From Candidatus Saccharimonadota bacterium (lineage in GTDB: Bacteria; Pseudomonadota; Gammaproteobacteria; Enterobacterales; Enterobacteriaceae), in NCBI RefSeq assembly GCF_039383305.1, contig NZ_CP135009.1, positions 240,001-272,000 on the forward strand: DNA of 32,000 nucleotides. The letters run 5' to 3'. The notes beneath the pieces were generated by a model, which worked only from the letters and a program-made list of their open reading frames with translations, had not been told where the DNA came from and ran no database searches. The position numbers were made by a program, and so were the translations under genes. Below are positions 24,238-32,000 of the stretch, piece after piece. Each line of letters starts with the position of its first letter. The stretch's first letter is position 1.

Positions 24238-27063
24238 TTAAGTATATATTTTTTTAATTTTTTTATATTTTTTTAATAATTTTTTTTTTTTTAAAATCAA
24301 AGATTGAGGAGCATTAAATAAAAAATTATGATTAGATAATTGTAATTTTAATTTTTTAATTATAAGTTCTATTTTAATGTTCTTTTGAATATTTTTTTTT
24401 TTTAAATATTCTAAATATGTACTTTTAGGTAAAAAAATAAAAATTTCTATTTCATCTATTATATATGATATAAAAAATTTTTTTATTTCTAAAAAAGGAA
24501 AAAATGTGATTTTTGTAAGGAAAGCAATTTTCTTTAATAAATTATAATTTTCATTTAAAAAAATTTTTTTATTATATGACAAATTTTTTATACAAATTTC
24601 GAAAGAATAATTATATTTAAATTTTAAGTCTGAACGTATTTTACGTAACTTAAAAATTATTTTATAAAACCATTCAATAAAATCAAATGAAGATTTATAA
24701 GAATCAACATTTATTATTTTAGGCAAATTCATAATATATTTTTTTTTAGAAAAATTTTTTAAAATTTTTACCATATTCATCCAAATATATTGTGTAATAA
24801 AAGGTATAATAGGATAAAGAAGTTTTAAAATTTTTTTTAAAACTTGAATACAAATTGTAAGAACATGAAATTTTTTCCAAGAAAATTCTTCCAAAAAAAT
24901 ACATTTTATATTTTCAATATATTTATCACAAAATTGATACCATACAAAATCATATAATAAAGCTACTAAAAGATCGAAACGAAAATTTTTAAAATAATTA
25001 TGATAATTTTTTATTACTACCTGTAATTTAAAAAAAATCCATTTATCTAAAATAGATATATAAAAAATTTTTTGAAAATTTTTTGAAAATTTTTTTTCTA
25101 TTTTTAAACAAATAAATCGACTAACATTCCATAATTTATTACAAAAATGTTTATAACCTTTGACACGATTCATATCCCAAGAAATATAACGACTCGTAGA
25201 TGATAATGATAAAAAGGTTAACCTTAATGCATCAATTCCATAAGCTTTAATTCCATGAGGAAATTTTTGAATAATATTTTTTTTAATATTATTTAACATC
25301 TTTTCATCTGTTAAATTTTTTGTACGTTTTATAATTAATTTTTTTAATTTTATACCATATACAATATCTAAAGGATCTAAAATATTACCTTGAGATTTAG
25401 ACATTTTCTTTCCATTATCATCGCATATTAAACCTGTAATATATACTTTTTTAAAAGGAATACAAAAATTATTATTTTTATTATCTTTTAAAATATATGC
25501 AGTCATCATAATCATACGAGCAATCCAAAAAAAAATAATATCAAATCCACTTACTAATACTTCCGTAGGATGAAACATTTTAAATTTTTTAGTACATTTA
25601 GGCCAACCTAATCCTACAAAAGTCCATAAACTAGAAGAAAACCATGTATCTAAAACATTTGTGTCTTGTAACAAAATTACATGTTTTTTGAGAAAATATT
25701 TTTTTCGAACTTCTTTTTCATTTTCAGCAATATAAATATTATTATGTTCATCATACCAAATAGGAAATCGATGTCCCCACCATAATTGTCTTGAAATACA
25801 CCAATCTTCAATTTTTAACATCCAAGAAAGAAACATATTTTTATATTGCTTAGGAAAAAATATAATTTTTTTTTCAACAATTAAGTCGATTGCAATTTTA
25901 GATAATTTTTTAGTACACAAAAACCATTGATTTGTTAATTTAGGCTCTAAAATTACCTGACTACGCTCTCCATAAGGAATAAAGTTTTTCTTTAAGATAC
26001 TAGAATGTAATAAATTTTTCTTTTTTAAAATTTTTATAATTATTTTACGAGCTGAAAAACGATCTTCATTCTGTAAAATAACCGGAATTTTTGAATCAAA
26101 AAAACATGATGGATTTCCTTCATAATCTAAAACTTCTAATTTCTTTAAAATTTTTCCGGAATCAGAAAAAATATTAATCATATATAATTGATGTTTTAAA
26201 GCTATTTGGTAATCAAAAAAATCATGTGCTGGAGTAATTTTTAAACATCCAGTACCAATATTTAAATCAACTGTAGAATCACCAATAATAGAAATCTTTC
26301 TATTAACAATAGGAACAATTGCAAATTTCCCAATATATTGTGAATATTTAATATTTTGAGGATTTACTGCAATTGCAGTATCTCCTAAAAGAGTTTCAGG
26401 ACGAGTTGTAGACACTACAATATATTTTTTTTTTTCTTTAATATTTTTTTTTTCAAATATTAAATATTTAATATACCAAATTAAACTTTTAGATTCTAAA
26501 TGTTTTACTTCTAAATCAGATAAAACAGTTCTTAATTTTGGATCCCAATATACTATTTTTTTTTTTTGATAAATTAATTTTTTTTTAAATAATTTTAAAA
26601 ATACACGATTTACAGCTCTTGAAAATTTTTTATCTAATGTAAATCGTATATCTGACCAATCTACTGAGATACCTAATTTTCTAATTTGCTCAAAAATGAA
26701 AAATTCTGTATTTTTTTTCCATTTCCAAATTTTTTTTATAAAATCTTGACGTGTGTAATTAAATCTTTCTTTACCTTCTTTTCTAAATATTTCTTTTTCT
26801 ATAATCAATTGCGTAGCAATACCAGCATGATCCGTACCCATCTGTAACAAAGTATTATATTTTAGTAATTTATGATAACGAATTAAGGTATCCATAATAA
26901 TCTGTTGAAATGCATGCCCCATATGTAATTTTCCTGTAATATTAGGGGGAGGCATCATAATACAATAATTATTATTAATTTTAGAATATTTTTCAGAATT
27001 TTTCTGATGTAATTTTTTAAAAACAAATTCTTCTATTAAGATAGTATTATAATTTTTTTCCAT
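24238..27063 (-). CDS. valS: Valyl-tRNA synthetase
   Basis: 941 aa. It has PPPNITGKLHMGHAF (HIGH), KMSKSQGN (KMSKS) and TRPETLLGDTAIAVNP (editing domain). Confidence 0.97.
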   Translation of the reverse strand: MEKNYNTILIEEFVFKKLHQKNSEKYSKINNNYCIMMPPPNITGKLHMGHAFQQIIMDTLIRYHKLLKYNTLLQMGTDHAGIATQLIIEKEIFRKEGKERFNYTRQDFIKKIWKWKKNTEFFIFEQIRKLGISVDWSDIRFTLDKKFSRAVNRVFLKLFKKKLIYQKKKIVYWDPKLRTVLSDLEVKHLESKSLIWYIKYLIFEKKNIKEKKKYIVVSTTRPETLLGDTAIAVNPQNIKYSQYIGKFAIVPIVNRKISIIGDSTVDLNIGTGCLKITPAHDFFDYQIALKHQLYMINIFSDSGKILKKLEVLDYEGNPSCFFDSKIPVILQNEDRFSARKIIIKILKKKNLLHSSILKKNFIPYGERSQVILEPKLTNQWFLCTKKLSKIAIDLIVEKKIIFFPKQYKNMFLSWMLKIEDWCISRQLWWGHRFPIWYDEHNNIYIAENEKEVRKKYFLKKHVILLQDTNVLDTWFSSSLWTFVGLGWPKCTKKFKMFHPTEVLVSGFDIIFFWIARMIMMTAYILKDNKNNNFCIPFKKVYITGLICDDNGKKMSKSQGNILDPLDIVYGIKLKKLIIKRTKNLTDEKMLNNIKKNIIQKFPHGIKAYGIDALRLTFLSLSSTSRYISWDMNRVKGYKHFCNKLWNVSRFICLKIEKKFSKNFQKIFYISILDKWIFFKLQVVIKNYHNYFKNFRFDLLVALLYDFVWYQFCDKYIENIKCIFLEEFSWKKFHVLTICIQVLKKILKLLYPIIPFITQYIWMNMVKILKNFSKKKYIMNLPKIINVDSYKSSFDFIEWFYKIIFKLRKIRSDLKFKYNYSFEICIKNLSYNKKIFLNENYNLLKKIAFLTKITFFPFLEIKKFFISYIIDEIEIFIFLPKSTYLEYLKKKNIQKNIKIELIIKKLKLQLSNHNFLFNAPQSLILKKKKLLKKYKKIKKIYT

Positions 27064-27357
27064 AAATACCCTTTATTAATTATATTTTTTTAAAAAAATA
27101 TATTAAATTAAAAAAATATTTTTTTTTAAAAAAAAAATTTAAGAAAATTTAAAATACAGTATAATAAATATATGTTATAACAATATGAAAATAAATTTTT
27201 TATTAAATTGTTTTTAATAATATTTTATTTTTATTTTTTAAATATTTTTATAAATTTTAAAAATAAAATATTATTTTTTTAAAAATATTAATATTATAAA
27301 AATATTATTATTCAAAAAAAAAATTAACAACTAAAATTATTAATATTGAGTATAATT

Positions 27358-28365
27358 ATGAACACATTATATAAAAAAAGTTTTTTAAAATTTTCAGATT
27401 ATCAAAAAAAAGAAATTTTATATCTTTTGAAGATTTCAAAAATTTTAAAAAATCAAAAAAAAGAAAAAAAATTTTTAAAATCTAAAAAAATTATTTTAAT
27501 TTTTGAACAATCTTCTACACGTACACGTTGTTCTTTTGAAATTGCTGCTTATGAACAAGGAGTATATTCAACAATTTTAAATTCTAATGAATCTCATTTA
27601 GGATATAAAGAATCTATTCAAGACACAACTAAAATCTTAAATCAATTATATCATGGAATACAATATCGCGGCACTTCTCATAATACTTTAAAAATATTTA
27701 AAAAATACGCTACTATTCCAATATGGAATGGATTATCAAAACTTTTTCATCCAACGCAAATTTTAGCTGATTTATTCACAATAAAAGAAATTTATCCTAA
27801 TTTAGAATTTGAAGAAATTAAATGCGCTTACATAGGTGATGCTCAAAATAATATCTCTAATACTCTTTTAGAAGCCGCTAAAATTTTAAAATTTCAATTA
27901 ATTATTATAGCTCCTAAAAAATATTGGCCTAAAAAAAAATTTTTAGATAAATATATCTATAAAACAAATACAAAAATCAATAATATTCAATATACTGAAA
28001 ATATTTCAATAGGAACTAAAAATATACATTTTCTTTATACAGATGTTTGGGTATCTATGACCGAACAAGAAAAAAATTGGAAAAAAAAAATATATGATTT
28101 ATTACCGTATCAAATTAATTCTCAATTAATTAAAAAAATAAATAATCCAAAGCTAAAAATATTACATTGTTTACCGGCTTTTCACAATACCCAATCAACT
28201 TTAAGTAAAAAAATTCATAATAAATATAATTTAAAAAAAGGTTTAGAAATTTCAGAAAAAATTTTTAAATCTCAATATAATATAAGTTTTCAACAATCAT
28301 ATAACAAACTATTTACTTTAAAAGCGTTATTAATTTCTACATTATCTTCTAAAAAACATTTATAA
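27358..28365 (+). CDS. argI: Ornithine carbamoyltransferase
   Basis: STRTRCSFE, HPTQILADL, DVWVSMTEQEK and HCLPAFH. MNTLYKKSFLKFSDY compares with E. coli MSGFYHKHFLKLLDF, so the ATG at 27358 is preferred over the TTG at 27346. Confidence 0.93.
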   Translation: MNTLYKKSFLKFSDYQKKEILYLLKISKILKNQKKEKKFLKSKKIILIFEQSSTRTRCSFEIAAYEQGVYSTILNSNESHLGYKESIQDTTKILNQLYHGIQYRGTSHNTLKIFKKYATIPIWNGLSKLFHPTQILADLFTIKEIYPNLEFEEIKCAYIGDAQNNISNTLLEAAKILKFQLIIIAPKKYWPKKKFLDKYIYKTNTKINNIQYTENISIGTKNIHFLYTDVWVSMTEQEKNWKKKIYDLLPYQINSQLIKKINNPKLKILHCLPAFHNTQSTLSKKIHNKYNLKKGLEISEKIFKSQYNISFQQSYNKLFTLKALLISTLSSKKHL

Positions 28366-28494
28366 AAAAATAATAAATTTATCAATTAAAAAATTATTAG
28401 TTTTTTAAATTAAAAAAATTTTAACAATAAAGAAATTTGAAAAATTATACAATATGTTAAAAAAATTTCAAAATTTTTTAAAAAGGATACATTA

Positions 28495-28896
28495 ATGAAA
28501 ATATTTACTGAAAAATTAAAAAATTTTAAAAAATACGGACCATATTCACATACAGTAAAAGCTGGAAATTTTTTTTTTACATCAGGACAAATTTTTGTAG
28601 AAAATGATCAAAAAACAAAAATTTTCCCTAATTTATATACTCAAACACTTTTTACATTAAAAAAAATCAAAAAATTATTATTACAAGAAAATTTAAAAAT
28701 TTCAGATATCATTAAAACAACCATTTTCACTACTAAATTATCTGAAATTAAAATTATTAATCAAGCATATGAATTTTTTTTTAAAAAACATACACAAATA
28801 TATCCCGCTAGATCATGTGTTGGAGTTTTAGATCTACCCTATAAAGCTTTCATAGAAATTGAAACAATTTCATATGTATCAAATTTAAAAAATTAA
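28495..28896 (+). CDS. ridA: RidA/YjgF-family enamine/imine deaminase
   Basis: GPYSHTVKAGNFFFTSGQI and ...YPARSCVGVLDLPYKAFIEIETI are typical YjgF/RidA termini. It sits in the syntenic position next to argI. Confidence 0.88.
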   Translation: MKIFTEKLKNFKKYGPYSHTVKAGNFFFTSGQIFVENDQKTKIFPNLYTQTLFTLKKIKKLLLQENLKISDIIKTTIFTTKLSEIKIINQAYEFFFKKHTQIYPARSCVGVLDLPYKAFIEIETISYVSNLKN

Positions 28897-28902
28897 AAAT
28901 AT

Positions 28903-28919
28903 ATGCCACATTGTGGCAT
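28903..28919. terminator. Compact hairpin between convergent ridA and deaD (ATGCCAC-ATT-GTGGCAT)
   Basis: A 7-bp G/C-containing stem with a 3-nt loop, 7 nt after the ridA stop. It is flanked by A/T runs on both sides, so it could act bidirectionally. Confidence 0.55.
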
Positions 28920-28981
28920 AAAAACTCTTTAAAAAAAATTTTTTCAAAAATAAAAATTAATATAAAACAAAAATATTCAAA

Positions 28982-30757
28982 TTATTTTTTTTGATATACA
29001 TTTTTTTTAAATTTATCAGAAAATTTTGAAACTCTTGAATAAAAACGTTTTTTAACTATACGACGATATTCTTTAGGTTTCGCATCTGGTAATAATTGAA
29101 TATTTATTGGTTTATTTAAGACACGCGTTTTTTTTAAATTTTTAAGAATTTTTAAAGAAAAATTTTTTGGTAATTCTACTGTAGAATAATCAAAAAACAA
29201 TCTAATATTTCCTATAAAACGACTATTAATATCTCCTTCGTTTGCAATAGCCCCTACAATATGTCGTACTTCAACACCATCATTTCTACCTACAGAAATC
29301 TTATAAACATTCATTAAAAATCTTTCAGGTAATAAATTTTGAGTAGTGCCAGAAAAAATTTTTCTTTTAAATATTTTTTTTTTTTGTTCCTTTCCATACA
29401 TCGAAAAAGATTTTTTACGAGTTGAATATAAAAAATTTTCATCTGGTTTTAGAATTAAAACACGTTCACCTTGAGCCATTTTTAATAATGCTGCCGCTAA
29501 TAATTCAAAATTTTTTGTATCAGTAATTTTTAATTTAGGTAATAACAAACGATATTCTTCTAAATTTTTACTCTCTAATTGTTTTTGTAATTTTTCAGAA
29601 AATTTTTGTAATCTACGTTTACTAATAATATCAATATTAGGTAATTGAACTTCCGGAATATTCATTCTTACAACACGCTCAATATTACGTAATAAACGTC
29701 TTTCTCTATATTCTACAAATAATAATGCACTACCAGTTCTTCCAGCACGCCCAGTACGTCCAATACGATGCACATAAGATTCTGCATCCATTGGAATATC
29801 ATAATTAATAACTAAACTAATTCGATCTACATCTAATCCTCTAGCAGCCACATCTGTAGCAATTAAAATATCTAATCTTCCATTCTTTAAACGAGCTAAT
29901 GTTTGTTCTCTTAAAGTTTGATTCATATCACCATTTAAAGCAGCACTATTATAACCATTTTTTTCTAATGCTTCAGAAACTTCTAAAGTAGCATTTTTTG
30001 TTTTCACAAAGATAATTGTTGCAGAAAAATCCTCTGCTTCTAAAAAACGAATTAAAGCATCAGTTTTTCGTCCTCTAACTAACCAATAACTCTGTTTAAT
30101 ATCGGGACGAGTTGTTAAATTAGATTGTATTTGAATTTCTTGAGGATTTTTCATAAATCTTCGAGAAATACGTCGAATAATATTAGGCATAGTAGCTGAA
30201 AATAAAGCTGTTTGATGATTTTTAGGTATTTTAGACATAATATTTTCTACATCTTCTATAAAACCCATTCTCAACATTTCATCTGCTTCATCTAAAACTA
30301 ATCCACATAAATTTGATAAATTTAATGTACCTCTCTTTAAATGATCTAATAAACGACCAGGTGTTCCTACTACAATTTGAGGACCTTTTTTTAAAGCTTT
30401 TAATTGTACTTCATATCTCTGACCACCATATAATGCCAAAACTTGAATACCCGTTAAATACTTTGATAAATCAGAAAATGATAAAGAAACCTGTATAGCT
30501 AATTCTCGCGTAGGAGCAAGTACTAAAATTTGAGGTACTTTACGATTAATTGATACATTATGTAATAATGGTAATGCAAATGCTGCAGTTTTTCCACTTC
30601 CAGTTTGAGCCATTCCTAAAACATCTTTTCCATTTAATAATAAAGGAATACATGCCGTTTGTATAGGAGAAGGTTTTAAGTATCCTAAATCTTTTAAAGC
30701 TTTTAATAAATTAATATTTAATTTAAAAGAAGAAAAAGATTGATAAATATGAGTCAT
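28982..30757 (-). CDS. deaD: Cold-shock DEAD-box RNA helicase DeaD (CsdA)
   Basis: [40 protein letters not shown] and [10 protein letters not shown]. It also has the C-terminal DeaD-type RNA-binding region ([24 protein letters not shown]). It is noticeably less A+T-biased than its neighbours. Confidence 0.96.
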   Translation of the reverse strand: MTHIYQSFSSFKLNINLLKALKDLGYLKPSPIQTACIPLLLNGKDVLGMAQTGSGKTAAFALPLLHNVSINRKVPQILVLAPTRELAIQVSLSFSDLSKYLTGIQVLALYGGQRYEVQLKALKKGPQIVVGTPGRLLDHLKRGTLNLSNLCGLVLDEADEMLRMGFIEDVENIMSKIPKNHQTALFSATMPNIIRRISRRFMKNPQEIQIQSNLTTRPDIKQSYWLVRGRKTDALIRFLEAEDFSATIIFVKTKNATLEVSEALEKNGYNSAALNGDMNQTLREQTLARLKNGRLDILIATDVAARGLDVDRISLVINYDIPMDAESYVHRIGRTGRAGRTGSALLFVEYRERRLLRNIERVVRMNIPEVQLPNIDIISKRRLQKFSEKLQKQLESKNLEEYRLLLPKLKITDTKNFELLAAALLKMAQGERVLILKPDENFLYSTRKKSFSMYGKEQKKKIFKRKIFSGTTQNLLPERFLMNVYKISVGRNDGVEVRHIVGAIANEGDINSRFIGNIRLFFDYSTVELPKNFSLKILKNLKKTRVLNKPINIQLLPDAKPKEYRRIVKKRFYSRVSKFSDKFKKNVYQKK

Positions 30758-30786
30758 GAAGTTTATGAGCCTCTTTTATAACCATG

Positions 30787-30851
30787 GCCAGTCTACTACA
30801 TAACTCACGAAGAAAATAATAATATTTTCTTCTTACAGAGTGTGAACTGGC
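30787..30851 (-). promoter_or_regulatory. Long imperfect hairpin immediately upstream of the deaD ribosome-binding site (candidate 5' leader or processing structure)
   Basis: The minus strand reads GCCAGTTCACACTCTGTAAGAAGAAAATATTATTATTTTCTTCGTGAGTTATGTAGTAGACTGGC. Pairings are GCCAGT/ACTGGC (outer), ACTC/GAGT (middle) and GAAGAAAATA/TATTTTCTTC (inner 10 bp). It is followed by CATGGTTATAAAAGAGGCTCATAAACTTCATG (deaD start). Confidence 0.4.
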
Positions 30852-31061
30852 AAAAATTAAATAAATGTAAAAAATATTTAAAAATATTTAAATTTTTTAA
30901 AAAAAATATTTATAAATACTTAATATTAAATAATAAATATCATATAAAAACAATTATACAATAAAATGTAAAAGTTAGATAGTCATGATAAATTTATTAT
31001 AAATAAAATTTATAATAGTTAAAACAAAATATTTTAATCTATAAAATAATTTCAAAATTTT

Positions 31062-32000
31062 TTAAATACTTTTCATACTTAAACGTAACCGACCATGACG
31101 ATCAATTTCTAAAACTTTTACAGAAATAATTTGATTTAAACACAAGTAATCTGTAACTTTTTCTACTCTTTTATTACCAATTTGAGAAATATGTACTAAT
31201 CCTTCTTTTCCTATTCCAATGGATACAAAAGCTCCAAAATCTACAATTCGAACTACTTTTCCAACATAAATTTTTCCAATTTCAATATCTTCTGTAATTT
31301 CTTCAATTCTACGAATTGCATGTTTTGCTTTAGATTCTAAAGCAGCAGAAATTTTTACAATTCCATCATCTTTAATTTCAATAATAGTACCAGTTTCTTC
31401 TGTTAACATACGTATAACTGCTCCTCCTTTTCCAATAACATCTTTAATTTTTTCAGGATTAATTTTAATAGTGTGAATCCGTGGTGCAAATGGAGAAATT
31501 TGATGACGAGGTATTTGTATAAATTTTTCCATTGTATTTAAAATAAAAATACGAGATTCCTTAGCTTGTAATAAAACTTTTTGTAAAATTTCTAAAGAAA
31601 AATCAATAATTTTAACATCCATTTGTAATGCAGTAATACCTTTAAGATTTCCAGAAACTTTTAAATCCATATCACCAAAATAATCTTCTTCTCCTACAAT
31701 ATCAGATAAAATAAAATATTTATTTTTTTCTTTAATTAATCCCATTGCTATACCAGCTATTGCCGATTTTACAGGTACTCCTGCATCCATTAAAGATAAA
31801 GAAGCTCCACATACCGAGGCCATTGAAGAAGAACCATTAGATTCTGTAATTTCTGAAACAACTCGCACAGTATAAGGAAATTTATCTATTGTAGGCATAA
31901 TAGCTAATAAACTGCGTTTTGCTAATTTTCCATGACCTATTTCTCGACGTTTTGGAGAACTAATAATCCCTATTTCTCCGACTGAATAAGGAGGAAAATT
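31062..32000 (-). CDS. pnp: Polynucleotide phosphorylase, C-terminal part (second RNase PH domain, KH and S1). The 5' end lies beyond the window
   Basis: The frame is open to base 32000. It reads [65 protein letters not shown]...[26 protein letters not shown]...[28 protein letters not shown], near identical to E. coli PNPase. The track start at 31898 is an internal Met. Confidence 0.96.
   Translation of the reverse strand, partial: NFPPYSVGEIGIISSPKRREIGHGKLAKRSLLAIMPTIDKFPYTVRVVSEITESNGSSSMASVCGASLSLMDAGVPVKSAIAGIAMGLIKEKNKYFILSDIVGEEDYFGDMDLKVSGNLKGITALQMDVKIIDFSLEILQKVLLQAKESRIFILNTMEKFIQIPRHQISPFAPRIHTIKINPEKIKDVIGKGGAVIRMLTEETGTIIEIKDDGIVKISAALESKAKHAIRRIEEITEDIEIGKIYVGKVVRIVDFGAFVSIGIGKEGLVHISQIGNKRVEKVTDYLCLNQIISVKVLEIDRHGRLRLSMKSI

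Noticed and set aside
30313-30498. 61-aa plus-strand ORF
   Set aside because: It is antisense within the conserved helicase core of deaD.
30852-31061. Tandem and palindromic A/T motifs in the pnp-deaD spacer (AAATATTTAAAAATATTTAAA; ATAAATTTAT repeated)
   Set aside because: They are pure A/T low-complexity sequence. Such short repeats and palindromes are expected by chance at this composition. No G/C-anchored stem and no coding potential are visible.
1-32000. Search for a novel defence, toxin, secretion or mobile-element system, CRISPR array or horizontally acquired island
   Set aside because: - Every ORF of meaningful length is assigned to a conserved housekeeping or flagellar family in ancestral enterobacterial order.
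- There are no direct-repeat arrays, integrase or transposase genes, or compositionally foreign segments.
- The only higher-G+C stretches are tRNAs, highly conserved genes (deaD, pnp, minD, flgG) and the hairpins reported above.

Overview
The window is extremely A+T-rich, gene-dense and free of mobile elements. It looks like a core chromosomal segment of a highly reduced gammaproteobacterial insect endosymbiont. Gene order is Buchnera-like and collinear with two E. coli neighbourhoods: the flg/rne/rluC/rpmF/fab/tmk/holB region and the valS/argI/ridA/deaD/pnp region. The organism assignment is an inference from synteny and composition only.

Gene content, in order:
- an unidentified 3' gene end
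- minE, minD, minC (-)
- rsmC (+)
- a tRNA-Ser(UGA)/tRNA-Cys(GCA)/tRNA-Leu(UAA) cluster (-)
- ompA (-), murJ (-), flgA (-)
- flgB, C, D, F, G, H, I, J (+)
- rluC, rpmF, fabD, fabG, acpP, tmk, holB, ycfH, hinT (+)
- asnS (-), uup (+), trhO/yceA (-), valS (-)
- argI and ridA (+)
- deaD (-) and the 3' part of pnp (-)

I found no CRISPR array, IS element, phage gene, toxin-antitoxin pair or defence-type system, and I do not claim a novel multi-gene system.

Main signals:
1. flgI and rluC are each split by a frameshift inside a long poly(A) tract. In both, the downstream frame is clearly homologous, stop-free and collinear with E. coli once one A is added. This is the signature of genes that depend on transcriptional slippage, or of very recent pseudogenes or homopolymer sequencing errors.
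2. The flagellar cluster has precise gaps: no flgE, flgK, flgL or flgM, possibly a decayed flgN, and flgJ reduced to its rod-binding domain. rne is also missing from its syntenic slot.
3. None of the three tRNA genes encodes the 3' CCA.
4. G+C-containing inverted repeats sit at convergent gene junctions and in front of deaD.

Six ORFs in the supplied track are rejected as antisense or tRNA-overlapping artefacts. rpmF was missing from the track and is added.
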